Below are positions 29,620 through 39,085 of a stretch of 64,000 nt of DNA, in pieces. The stretch is from Candidatus Latescibacterota bacterium (GTDB lineage Bacteria > Latescibacterota > UBA2968 > UBA8231), in assembly GCA_965248355.1 (NCBI GenBank), contig OZ252098.1, positions 1,792,001-1,856,000 on the forward strand. Reading direction: 5' to 3'. The stretch's first letter is position 1; the number at the start of each line of letters is the position of its first letter. Below the pieces are notes generated by a model. That model did not search any database and was not told the origin of the DNA. It worked only from the letters and a program-made list of their open reading frames with translations. The translations under genes and the position numbers were made by a program.

Positions 29620-30542
29620 CGGAGGACCCCGGGCTACAGGAGATCGTGGAGCGCGCCCTGCGCGAGGACCTCGGCGGCGAGCTCCACCCCGATGCGGACA
29701 TCACCACCCGGTGGACGGTGGCCGGGGGAGGGGAGGCTTGCGCCCGCATCCTTTCCCGGGGCCTAGGAGTCGCGGCCGGGGTGCAGGCCGCCCGTCTGGT
29801 ATTCCAGCGCCTCGATCCGGACCTGGCCGTCGAGGCCGCCGTGGCCGATGGGGACGACCTGGCCGCCGGGGACACGGTGCTCCACCTGCGAGGCGCCGCC
29901 GCCCCCATCCTCGTGGGTGAGCGCACGGCACTCAACCTGCTGCAGCAGCTTTCGGGCGTCGCCTCCCTGACGAGGGCCTACGTCGATGCCGTGGCGGGGA
30001 CCTCGGCCCGCATCACGGATACCCGCAAGACCACCCCCGGGCTCCGCCGCCTGCAGAAGGAGGCCGTGCGCAGCGGCGGCGGCTTCAATCATCGATTCGG
30101 GCTGCACGACGCCGTGCTGATCAAGGAGAATCACGCCCGCGCTACCGGGGGGGTGGTCGAGGCGGTGCGCCGGGCGCGCCGGGGGTCCGTGGCCCAGGGA
30201 GGGGCCCGGATCCCGGTCATGTGCGAAGCTGAAACCCTGGAAGAGGTGCGGGCCCTTCTCGGGGCCGGACCGGGGACCCGCCCGGACCGCATCCTTCTCG
30301 ACAACATGCCCCCCGCTGCCATGGCGGAGTGCGTCCGGCTCGTGCAGTCCACAGCGGCGGAGGTCGAGACCGAAGCCACCGGCGGCATCACCTTGGAGAA
30401 GGCCCGCGCCGTGGCCGAGACCGGCGTCGACTGGATCTCCGTCGGGGCCCTGACCCACTCGGCGCCGGCCCTCGACCTCAGCCTGCTGTTCGAGGAGAGA
30501 AGCCGGCTTCGGGGGCGGGGTGGCCCGCGAAGTCAGAGCTGA
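29616..30542 (+). CDS. nadC: Nicotinate-nucleotide pyrophosphorylase
   Basis: GERTALN, DTRKTTPG, HRFGL.DAVLIKENH, LLDNM, GALTHSA. Confidence 0.95.
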   Translation: MTEDPGLQEIVERALREDLGGELHPDADITTRWTVAGGGEACARILSRGLGVAAGVQAARLVFQRLDPDLAVEAAVADGDDLAAGDTVLHLRGAAAPILVGERTALNLLQQLSGVASLTRAYVDAVAGTSARITDTRKTTPGLRRLQKEAVRSGGGFNHRFGLHDAVLIKENHARATGGVVEAVRRARRGSVAQGGARIPVMCEAETLEEVRALLGAGPGTRPDRILLDNMPPAAMAECVRLVQSTAAEVETEATGGITLEKARAVAETGVDWISVGALTHSAPALDLSLLFEERSRLRGRGGPRSQS

Positions 30543-30623
30543 ACCCGGAGAAGACCTTGGCCTCTGCACTCCTGGAAGCCCCCGACTTTGCGGCCCGAAG
30601 AGGGCCTTGGCGCCCAACATTCC

Positions 30624-30669
30624 TTGATTTGTACGGGTCCTTGCTGTATTTTGGGCTGATCGCTATATT
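30624..30669 (+). promoter_or_regulatory. Overlapping putative sigma70-like promoters
   Basis: TTGATT-N17-TATTTT (30624-30652) and TTGCTG-N17-TATATT (30641-30669). Confidence 0.4.
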
Positions 30670-30750
30670 CCCGGACCTAGCCTCGTCTTCACGCTGCCAT
30701 GGTGTAGAGGTGGTTGCGTCGCGTCTGGTGCAGATGTCCTTTCCAATCCG

Positions 30751-30937
30751 GGCAAATGCACCGCTCCGGCAAATGCACCGCTCCGGCAAATGCACCGCTC
30801 CGGCAAATGCACCGCTCCGGCAAATGCACCGCTCCGGCAAATGCACCGCTCCGGCAAATGCACCGCTCCGGCAAATGCACCGCTCCGGCAAATGCACCGC
30901 TCCGGCAAATGCACCGCTCCGGCAAATGCACCGCTCC
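30751..30937. repeat. Perfect tandem repeat, 11 x 17 bp (GGCAAATGCACCGCTCC)
   Basis: Counted directly; head-to-tail with no spacers. Confidence 0.97.
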
Positions 30938-30979
30938 GATTGAACTTGGACTCGTAGATTGAGAATCTGCCGTCCTCCC

Positions 30980-31290
30980 TCGCGCGTTCGGCGCACGCTG
31001 TCGCTCGGGCGGATGTCCGCGCGGGGGCCTCGGCTCCCCGAACGGCTTGGTGACGCCGTCCCAACTCCACAGCAGAGTCTCCCCCTCCGCCGATGGAGCC
31101 GCCTTCTGCAAGGCCGCTCCAAGCGGTTCGATATCCCCCTCGGCCCACCGCCCGGCGATCATCGAACCATGCTGAATCACGGTGGTGGGCGGATCGAGCA
31201 GCAGTTCACACAACCTGTCACGATTCGACAAAGACCCGACACGCATTCGGAGACATTGTCCAGGGCTCCACTCCTGATCAACCGATTTTG
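30980..31290 (-). pseudogene. Degenerate ISKra4-like transposase remnant (boundaries approximate)
   Basis: LGAALQKAAPSAEGETLLWSWDGVTKPFGEP aligns by eye with LELALQDVAPLKAEGDTLVVSWDGVTVPLREP of the 62328-63755 transposase; 18 identical bp at 31049-31066 and 63150-63167. Confidence 0.75.
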
Positions 31291-31615
31291 CCGATGGATC
31301 CGCCGGGCAAAGACTGGTCACAAGCAACTCATGAATCCTGTGGGACGTGACTCCCCTGGCGGATGCCTGCCGCTGGATACCCCTTCATGAGTCTGGTCCG
31401 GCCAGACCGGGGTCCTCGAGCAGGGCCGGCTGGTCGATCCACGGCCTCGGCCGAGAGAGCAGGACCACCGGCAGAACCGCTCCTGCACCAGGACCGTGGC
31501 CCTTGGCCTGATTTTGGAATGCCATCGCATGGGACCACATTCTACAGCCCGATCTCACGCGTGGCTCCGTTCCACAACAAGACACTTCCGAATCGACTCA
31601 GAAAGGACCCAAGAG

Positions 31616-34600
31616 ATGTCGAATAGCAGCGGATTCATCAGAAGGATGATCCCATTGGGATTGTGCACGTTCCTGTGGGCAGGTTCGCCGGCTACGGCCC
31701 AGACAGAGAGTTCCGGGGCGGTAGCGGGCCGGGCCGAGCGTACGCCTGTGTCCGTCACCGGAGTAGGCGCCGAGATCAATTCCGAAGGAACGAGCGTCAC
31801 CGTCTCCTGGGAGCTCTCGGAGTCCGACAGGGTGACCAGCGTGCCGGTCGGCGGTGACCTTACTGCAGGTGGCGCCTTTGTGGGGGTCAATGGTGTCGAT
31901 GACTACAACATCTGGCGCCAGGGAGCCGAGGACACCGAGCCGACTTTGGTAGGCACCGTCAATGCTGGCGAGACCTCCTTTGTCGATGAATCGTTCGCTC
32001 TGGGGACGACCTACACCTATTCGGTCACCGCCACGGCGCCCGCCGGCGACAATGAGAGTGCCCCAACCGCGGCCGACACACCGATCGATGTCGGCCCGCC
32101 ACCTGCGGTTACGCTGACAGTCGACCAAGCCAGCCTGGGTGAGGGGGACGGTGTTGCGACGGTCACGGTGACGGCAACGCTGAGCAGGACATGGTCCCTC
32201 AACACCCCGGTGGAATTGTCGATCTCGGATGCGGGTACGGCCGAACAGGCGGAAGGCCGCGACTACACGGCGGAATGGACGGGCCAGCTCACCATCGCTG
32301 CCGGCGAATCGGAGGGCAGCGCGACCCTGTTGGTGTCCGTCAACGACGACAATCTGGCCGAGGGAGACATTGCCGAAACCATTCTACTCGAAGGGACCTC
32401 CGCCGTATCAGGTGGCGCCAACGAGACGGCGGACCTGGACGTGGCGGGGACCGAGATCACCCTGACGGACAACGATGTGGCCCCCACGTCGATCACCCTG
32501 ACGGTGGACACGGCCAACCTGGACGAGGGGGCCGGCGAGACGGCGGTAGAGGTGACGGCCACCCTGGGCGACGGCAGCACGGCCCTGCTCACCGATACCG
32601 CCGTGGCCCTGTCCCTCTCAGGCACCCATGTGGACTTGGGGCCTGACTACGAGGCTTCCGAGGTCACCATCACCATTCCGGCCGAGCAAACCGGTGCCAG
32701 CTCGACTCTGACACTCACGCCGAACGACGACAACTTGGCCGAAGGCGACGAAACCATCGAAGTGTCGGGTGCGGCCGACGGGTTCACCGTGGAGTCCGCC
32801 TCGATCGGTCTGACCGACAACGACGTGGCGCCCACCTCCATCACCCTGGAGGTCGACGCCAGCACCTTCGGTGAAGGCGACGGCGACGCGACTATCACCG
32901 TAACCGCTACCCTGGGCGACGGCAGCACCGCCCTGTTGAACGACACCGAGGTCGCCCTCGCAGTGGCCGAAAGCGACGAGAATGCCGCCGCTGCCGGCGC
33001 CGTGACCATCGCCGCACGAGAAACCTCCGCCAGCGGATCGATCACCCTGACGATCCTCGAGGAAAACCTCGTCGACGGCGACAAGACCATCGCCCTGGTG
33101 GGAACCGCCGCCGGCTACGACATCGGGGACATCGAACTGACCGTCACCGACAACGACGTGGCGCCCACCTCCATCACCCTGGAGGTCGACGCCAGCACCT
33201 TCGGTGAAGGCGACGGCGACGCGACTATCACCGTAACCGCTACCCTGGGCGACGGCAGCACCGCCCTGTTGAACGACACCGAGGTCGCCCTCGCAGTGGC
33301 CGAAAGCGACGAGAATGCCGCCGCTGCCGGCGCCGTGACCATCGCCGCACGAGAAACCTCCGCCAGCGGATCGATCACCCTGACGATCCTCGAGGAAAAC
33401 CTCGTCGACGGCGACAAGACCATCGCCCTCACCGGTACCGCCGCCGGCTATGACATCGGTGTCGTCGAGCTGACCGTCACCGACAACGACGTGCCGCCCA
33501 TCATCACGCTGGCGGTGGACAACAGCACCTTTGGTGAAGGCGACGGCGAAGCGACCCTGACCGTGACCGCCACCCTCAGCGACGGCAGCACCGCCCTGTT
33601 GAACGACACCGAGGTCGCTCTGGCCGTGGCCGAAAGCGACGAGAACGCCGCCGCGGCCGCCGCCGTGACCATCGCCGCCGGCGAGACCTCCGCCAGCGGA
33701 GCCCTGACGCTCACGCTCCTCGACGAGAACCTCGTCGACGGCGACAAGACCATCGCTCTCACCGGTACCGCCGCCGGCTATGACATCGGTGTCGTCGAGC
33801 TGACCGTCACCGACAACGACGTGGCCCCCACCACGATCACCCTGGAGGTCGACGCCAGCACCTTCGGCGAAGGCGACGGCGAGGCGACTATCACCGTAAC
33901 CGCTACACTGGGCGACGGCAGCACCGCCCTGTTGAACGACACCGAGGTCGCCCTGGCCGTGGCCGAAAGCGACGAGAACGCCGCCGCGGCCGCCGCCGTG
34001 ACCATCGCCGCCGGCGAGACCTCCGCCAGCGGAGCCCTGGCGCTCACGCTCCTCGACGAGAACCTCGTCGACGGCGACAAGACCATCGCCCTCACCGGTA
34101 CCGCCGCCGGCTATGACATCGGTGTCGTCGAGCTGACCGTCACCGACAACGACGTGCCGCCCATCATCACGCTGGCGGTGGACAACAGCACCTTTGGTGA
34201 AGGCGACGGCGAAGCGACCCTGACCGTGACCGCCACCCTCGGCGACGGCAGCACCGCCCTGTTGAACGACACCGAGGTCGCTCTGGCCGTGGCCGAAAGC
34301 GACGAGAACGCCGCCGCGGCCGCCGCCGTGACCATCGCCGCCGGCGAGACCTCCGCCAGCGGAGCCCTGACGCTCACGCTCCTCGACGAGAACCTCGTCG
34401 ACGGCGACAAGATCATCCTGCTCACCGGTACCGCCGGCGGGTTTGACATAGGTGTCGTCGAGCTGACCGTCACCGACAACGACGTGGCCCCCACCACGAT
34501 CACCCTGGAGGTCGTCGCCAGCACCTTCGGCGAAGGCGACGGCGAGGCGACTATCACCGTAACCGCTACACTGGGCGACGGCAGCACCGCCCTGTTGAAC

Positions 34601-37519
34601 GATACCGAAGTCGCTCTGGCCGTGGCCGAAAGCGACGAGAACGCCGCCGCGGCCGCCGCCGTGACCATCGCCGCCGGCGAGACCTCCGCCAGCGGAGCCC
34701 TGGTGCTCACGCTCAAGGAGGAGAACCTCGTCGACGGCGACAAGACCATCGCCCTCACCGGTACCGCCGCCGGCTACGACATCGGCGACGTCGAGTTGAC
34801 CGTCACCGACAACGACGTGGCTCCTACCTCCATCACCCTGGAGGTCGTCGCCAGCACCTTCGGCGAAGGCGATGGCGACGCGACTATCACCGTAACCGCC
34901 ACCCTGGGCGACGGCAGCACCGTCCTGTTGAACGATACCGAAGTCGCCCTGGCCGTGGCCGAAAGCGACGAGAACGCCGCCGCGGCCGCCGCCGTGACCA
35001 TCGCCGCCGGCGAGACCTCCGGCTCCGGGTCGATCACGCTGACGCTCCTGGACGAAGACCTCGTCGACGGCGACAAGACCATCGCCCTCACCGGTACCGC
35101 CGCCGGCTACGACATCGGCGACGTCGAGTTGACCGTCACCGACAACGACGTGGCTCCTACCTCCATCACCCTGGAGGTCGACACCAGCACCTTCGGTGAA
35201 GGCGACGGCGAAGCGACCCTGACCGTAACCGCCACCCTCGGCGACGGCAGCACCGCCCTGTTGAACGATACCGAAGTCGCCCTGGCCGTGGCCGAAAGCG
35301 ACGAGAACGCCGCCGCGGCCGCTGCCGTGACCATCGCCGCCGGCGAGACCTCCGCCAGCGGAGCCCTGGTGCTCACGCTCAAGGAGGAGAACCTCGTCGA
35401 CGGCGACAAGACCATCGCCCTCACCGGTACCGCCGCCGGCTACGACATCGGCGACGTCGAGTTGACCGTCACCGACAACGACGTGGCCCCAACGACGATC
35501 ACCCTCAGCGTCGACACGGACAGCTTTGACGAGGGTGACGGGGAAACGGCGGTGACTGTAATCGCCGTCCTGGGTGACGGCAGCACCGCCCTCTTGAACG
35601 ACACCCAGATCACTCTGTCCCTGTCGGGTACGGCCGAGGACGGCAGTGACTATACCGCTTCCATACCAACGATCACGGTCGAAGCCGAGCAGACCTCCGG
35701 CAGCGGCCTTCTGACACTGACGCCGCCCGACGAGCTCATTCCCGAGTACGAGGAAACCATCGTGGTGGAGGGGGCCGCGGACGGTTTTACCGTCGCGTCG
35801 GCGACGATTGCCATCACCGACAACGACGATGAGCCGACGGTGGTGAACCCCATCCCTGCCATGATTCTGTACGTGGGTGGAGCCGAAGGCGTCATGGAGC
35901 TCTCGGACAAGTACCGGGGTCTCGACATGACATACAGCGCGACCTCGTCGGCCCCGGGGGTTGCCACGGTCTCCGTGGAAGGTTCACAGGTAACCGTTTC
36001 GGCGGTGATAGAGGGTGAATCTTCAATTGAAGTCACCGCCATGAACACCATCGGTCCGGACGCCTCCCAGGCCTTTGCGGTTACCGTGATGACGGAGCCG
36101 AATGAGACGCAGATCGTCGGCGACGCCCTTGCGGCTATCGGCCGGACTACGCTCTCGAGTGTATCCTCCGCTATCGGCACCCGCTTCGCGACCAGGCCGA
36201 GTTCGACGATGATGACCCTGGCCGGCTACTCCCTGCTGAGCAAGGGGGGTGCGTCGCACCTGGGCGCCCGTGGCTTTGGGTTGCAGCCGGAGTTGCGCTA
36301 TGCTCAGGCCTCCCGGAACGAGATGTCCTGGAAACAGGCCTTGCGCAACACCTCCTTCGCGGTTCCCATGGGTGAGGGCGGCGGCTCCGATCCGGTCCTG
36401 CCGAACTGGACTCTGTGGGGGCTCGGTGATTACAACACTTTCGAGGGGACGCCGGACTACGGAAGCCACAGCGGCACCGTGACGTCGGTGTACCTGGGTG
36501 TCGACAAGAGCGTGGCCCAGCGCGCCCAGTTGGGTGTTACGGTCTCCTATAGCATGGGAGAGACCGACTACGACTTCGAGGGCGATGGCGCCAGTGGCTC
36601 CGGTGCCTTGACCACGGTCCTGACGAGCGTGTATCCCTACCTGCGCTTCGCACCGAGTGCCGGAATGGATATCTGGGCCCTCGGCGGCGTGGGCGCAGGT
36701 ACCGCAGAAAACGAACGAGGCGTCACTTCCACAACGGAAGAGAGCGACCTGTCCATGACCCTGGGGTTGTTGGGAGCACGACAGTCATTGGGTACCATGG
36801 GCGGACTGGACATGGCGCTGCGCGGCGACGCCGGCATGGTGAATCTCTCCACGGCCGAAGGGGAAGGCGTGATCGCCGACCAGGCCGTGGCCGCCCAGCG
36901 CTTCCGCCTGGGCGTCGAGGGAGGGCACACCTTCCAGATGGCCAGTTGCGCGAAGGTGACGCCCTACGGCGAGTTGAGCGGCCGCTTTGACGGCGGCGAC
37001 GGTCAGACCGGCGGCGGACTCGAGGCTGCGGGCGGTTTCCGCTACGAGTGCCCGAGGTCGCGTTTCCGCTTTGAGGCCCGGGGCCGCATCCTGTCGCTGA
37101 ATTCGGCCTACTCGGAGAGTGGTGGAAGCGTGATGGCCAGCTATTCGCCGGGAGCGGACGGCCTTGGCTTGTCCATGGCGCTGGCTCCGCACTGGGGCGC
37201 CGCCGGCGGTGGAGCCCAGGCGCTGTGGCGCGACGATTCGTTCCGGACGATCGGTCGTCTCGGGTCCAGGGATGACTGGTCCATGGACGCCCAGGTCGGC
37301 TACGGCATGCGGGTCCAGCCCTTGCCGGGCGTACTGACGCCCTTTGCCCAGTTCATGCCCGCCGGGACTGGAGAGCAGATGCGCCTTGGGGTCCGCTTCG
37401 AAGGCCTGGGAGGTACCGCCTTCGAAATGCTTGACCTCAACGTCTCCGCAGGCCGGGTCGATCGTCGTCAGCGCTACGCCGAGCACCGCGTGGACGTAAG
37501 GGGCGCCATGTACTTCTAG
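31616..37519 (+). CDS. Large surface adhesin: FN3-like domain, Calx-beta-like repeats, autotransporter-like C-terminal barrel
   Basis: Signal peptide ...SPATA-Q; acidic Thr/Ala-rich repeats with TDND; Gly/aromatic-rich barrel region ending VRGAMYF. Confidence 0.8.
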   Translation: MSNSSGFIRRMIPLGLCTFLWAGSPATAQTESSGAVAGRAERTPVSVTGVGAEINSEGTSVTVSWELSESDRVTSVPVGGDLTAGGAFVGVNGVDDYNIWRQGAEDTEPTLVGTVNAGETSFVDESFALGTTYTYSVTATAPAGDNESAPTAADTPIDVGPPPAVTLTVDQASLGEGDGVATVTVTATLSRTWSLNTPVELSISDAGTAEQAEGRDYTAEWTGQLTIAAGESEGSATLLVSVNDDNLAEGDIAETILLEGTSAVSGGANETADLDVAGTEITLTDNDVAPTSITLTVDTANLDEGAGETAVEVTATLGDGSTALLTDTAVALSLSGTHVDLGPDYEASEVTITIPAEQTGASSTLTLTPNDDNLAEGDETIEVSGAADGFTVESASIGLTDNDVAPTSITLEVDASTFGEGDGDATITVTATLGDGSTALLNDTEVALAVAESDENAAAAGAVTIAARETSASGSITLTILEENLVDGDKTIALVGTAAGYDIGDIELTVTDNDVAPTSITLEVDASTFGEGDGDATITVTATLGDGSTALLNDTEVALAVAESDENAAAAGAVTIAARETSASGSITLTILEENLVDGDKTIALTGTAAGYDIGVVELTVTDNDVPPIITLAVDNSTFGEGDGEATLTVTATLSDGSTALLNDTEVALAVAESDENAAAAAAVTIAAGETSASGALTLTLLDENLVDGDKTIALTGTAAGYDIGVVELTVTDNDVAPTTITLEVDASTFGEGDGEATITVTATLGDGSTALLNDTEVALAVAESDENAAAAAAVTIAAGETSASGALALTLLDENLVDGDKTIALTGTAAGYDIGVVELTVTDNDVPPIITLAVDNSTFGEGDGEATLTVTATLGDGSTALLNDTEVALAVAESDENAAAAAAVTIAAGETSASGALTLTLLDENLVDGDKIILLTGTAGGFDIGVVELTVTDNDVAPTTITLEVVASTFGEGDGEATITVTATLGDGSTALLNDTEVALAVAESDENAAAAAAVTIAAGETSASGALVLTLKEENLVDGDKTIALTGTAAGYDIGDVELTVTDNDVAPTSITLEVVASTFGEGDGDATITVTATLGDGSTVLLNDTEVALAVAESDENAAAAAAVTIAAGETSGSGSITLTLLDEDLVDGDKTIALTGTAAGYDIGDVELTVTDNDVAPTSITLEVDTSTFGEGDGEATLTVTATLGDGSTALLNDTEVALAVAESDENAAAAAAVTIAAGETSASGALVLTLKEENLVDGDKTIALTGTAAGYDIGDVELTVTDNDVAPTTITLSVDTDSFDEGDGETAVTVIAVLGDGSTALLNDTQITLSLSGTAEDGSDYTASIPTITVEAEQTSGSGLLTLTPPDELIPEYEETIVVEGAADGFTVASATIAITDNDDEPTVVNPIPAMILYVGGAEGVMELSDKYRGLDMTYSATSSAPGVATVSVEGSQVTVSAVIEGESSIEVTAMNTIGPDASQAFAVTVMTEPNETQIVGDALAAIGRTTLSSVSSAIGTRFATRPSSTMMTLAGYSLLSKGGASHLGARGFGLQPELRYAQASRNEMSWKQALRNTSFAVPMGEGGGSDPVLPNWTLWGLGDYNTFEGTPDYGSHSGTVTSVYLGVDKSVAQRAQLGVTVSYSMGETDYDFEGDGASGSGALTTVLTSVYPYLRFAPSAGMDIWALGGVGAGTAENERGVTSTTEESDLSMTLGLLGARQSLGTMGGLDMALRGDAGMVNLSTAEGEGVIADQAVAAQRFRLGVEGGHTFQMASCAKVTPYGELSGRFDGGDGQTGGGLEAAGGFRYECPRSRFRFEARGRILSLNSAYSESGGSVMASYSPGADGLGLSMALAPHWGAAGGGAQALWRDDSFRTIGRLGSRDDWSMDAQVGYGMRVQPLPGVLTPFAQFMPAGTGEQMRLGVRFEGLGGTAFEMLDLNVSAGRVDRRQRYAEHRVDVRGAMYF
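32813..35470 (+). repeat. Eight intragenic tandem units of 330-333 bp
   Basis: Units start at 32813, 33146, 33479, 33809, 34142, 34472, 34805 and 35138; near-identical DNA. Confidence 0.95.
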
Positions 37520-37537
37520 CCCGCGCGCGAAATCCGT

Positions 37538-37595
37538 CAGAACTGAGGATACCCCTGAGGGAAGAGCAGCTCCCTCAGGGGTATCCTCAGTTCTG
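37538..37595. terminator. Perfect 25-bp inverted repeat, probable bidirectional terminator
   Basis: CAGAACTGAGGATACCCCTGAGGGA, 8-nt loop, exact reverse complement; lies between convergent genes. Confidence 0.75.
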
Positions 37596-37605
37596 GGCGG
37601 TACTG

Positions 37606-37944
37606 TCAGCCCTCGCCCGCCGTCTCCGTCGTCAGGCGGGCGAGGATCCCCACGGCCATGGGTCCCGCCCTTACCGCGAGGACGGAAGCGTCCTGACGCC
37701 CCATGGCCGCCGTCAGGGGCGCCAGCGAGGGACAGCGGAATACCCTCGCCCCGCCCTGCTCCAGCCGCGCGAGTTCCTTCTGGGTGTTGGCGGAGACCGT
37801 GGCCTCCACGAATACCAGGGCCAGACCCCGGGTCCTTCGCACCGCCGACAGACCCACGACGACGGCCCCGGAGCGGGCCCCCAGCCCGATCAGGGACGAG
37901 GCCCGGGCGACGACCTGAGGGCTCACCTCCTCCAAGCCCGGCAC
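37606..37944 (-). CDS. L7Ae/L30e-family (YlxQ-like) small protein
   Basis: LIGLGARSGAVVVG..AV, LVFVEATVSANTQKEL, L..AMGR. Confidence 0.6.
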   Translation of the reverse strand: MPGLEEVSPQVVARASSLIGLGARSGAVVVGLSAVRRTRGLALVFVEATVSANTQKELARLEQGGARVFRCPSLAPLTAAMGRQDASVLAVRAGPMAVGILARLTTETAGEG

Positions 37945-37948
37945 CCGC

Positions 37949-38968
37949 CTACTCGAAAGCCGGCTTCACCGGCATGCCGCCCTTGCGCAGGGCCGAGATG
38001 TTGGCGGCCTCCAGCACGCCGATGACCCGCGCCGCCGACTCCGGGGTGACGGCCAGGGGGGCCCGGCCCCGCAGGTGGCGCCCCACGTTTTCGTAGTAGG
38101 CGTCCCAGCTGAACTCCGTCGGCGTTCGGCATTCCTGTGTCTGGCGGCCCTCTACAATCGCCTTGACCAGATAGGCGCCGTTGTCCACCGCTTCGATCGA
38201 GCCCTGCTCTCCGAGGATCCTCCACTTCGGCCGTGACGACATGGCCAGGTTCGAGATCATCAGGCTTGCCCTGCATCCCCCCTTGAACTTCAGCGTGTAC
38301 TCGGAGTGGTCCTCGTTCGTGTAGTCACCCTCCCACTCCCTGCTCTTCACCTGGTAGCCGCTCACCCAGTCGATGTCGTCCTGCACCAGGTTCAGGATCC
38401 AGTCCGTGAAGTGGGCGCCCCAGTCATAGATGGCTCCGCCGGAGATCCTTCTGTCCGCCCGCCACCAGTCCTGTTGCTTGCCGTACCCCCCGAACCCGGC
38501 CTCGATGCGGAAGACCCGGCCGATGATCCCCTCCTCCTGGATCAGGTCGCGCAGGAGCAGGAAATCCCCGTCCCAGCGCCGGTTGTGGAAGGTGGAGAGC
38601 ATCACACGGTGACGGCGAGACGCGGCCAGCATGGCCTTCACCTCTCGCGAGGTGACCGCCATCGGCTTCTCGCACACGGCCCCGACCCCGGCCTCGAGGA
38701 CCTGCAGGGCAAGCCTGGCGTGGGTGTTGTGGGGGGTGATGATGGCCACCAGGTCCAGACCGGCACGGCGCAGCATGTCGCCCGGACGGGCGTAAGTGGC
38801 AATCCCCCGGAAGTCCTGCTCCGCCGCCAGGCGGCGCCCGCGGTCCAGATCGCAGACGGCGGCGGCGACCATGCCCGCCTTCCGCATCGACGCCAGATGA
38901 GCGCGGCCCATGTTGAAAGCACCGCCATATCCGATGACGCCGCAGCGAAAGCCTCCTTCCGATGGCAT
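37949..38968 (-). CDS. Gfo/Idh/MocA oxidoreductase
   Basis: GVIGYG, CEKPM, HNRRWD, DWGAH. Confidence 0.88.
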   Translation of the reverse strand: MPSEGGFRCGVIGYGGAFNMGRAHLASMRKAGMVAAAVCDLDRGRRLAAEQDFRGIATYARPGDMLRRAGLDLVAIITPHNTHARLALQVLEAGVGAVCEKPMAVTSREVKAMLAASRRHRVMLSTFHNRRWDGDFLLLRDLIQEEGIIGRVFRIEAGFGGYGKQQDWWRADRRISGGAIYDWGAHFTDWILNLVQDDIDWVSGYQVKSREWEGDYTNEDHSEYTLKFKGGCRASLMISNLAMSSRPKWRILGEQGSIEAVDNGAYLVKAIVEGRQTQECRTPTEFSWDAYYENVGRHLRGRAPLAVTPESAARVIGVLEAANISALRKGGMPVKPAFE

Positions 38969-39085
38969 GTCCACTCCGTGATTCTGAGGAACGGTCGAAC
39001 CGAGGCTTGCTAGAAAGGGGAATCCTGCGAGGGCCGTCAAACGCCGGACCATCGGCCGCGCCCCGGGCGGCCCCGGCCCTTACAT

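Noticed and set aside
30751..30937. CRISPR array
   Set aside because: Units are 17 bp, contiguous, with no spacers, and no cas genes are present in the window.
30329..31148. ORFs with 17-aa periodic Cys/His peptides across the tandem repeat
   Set aside because: The unit has no stop codon in any frame, so ORFs appear on both strands; no RBS or homology support.
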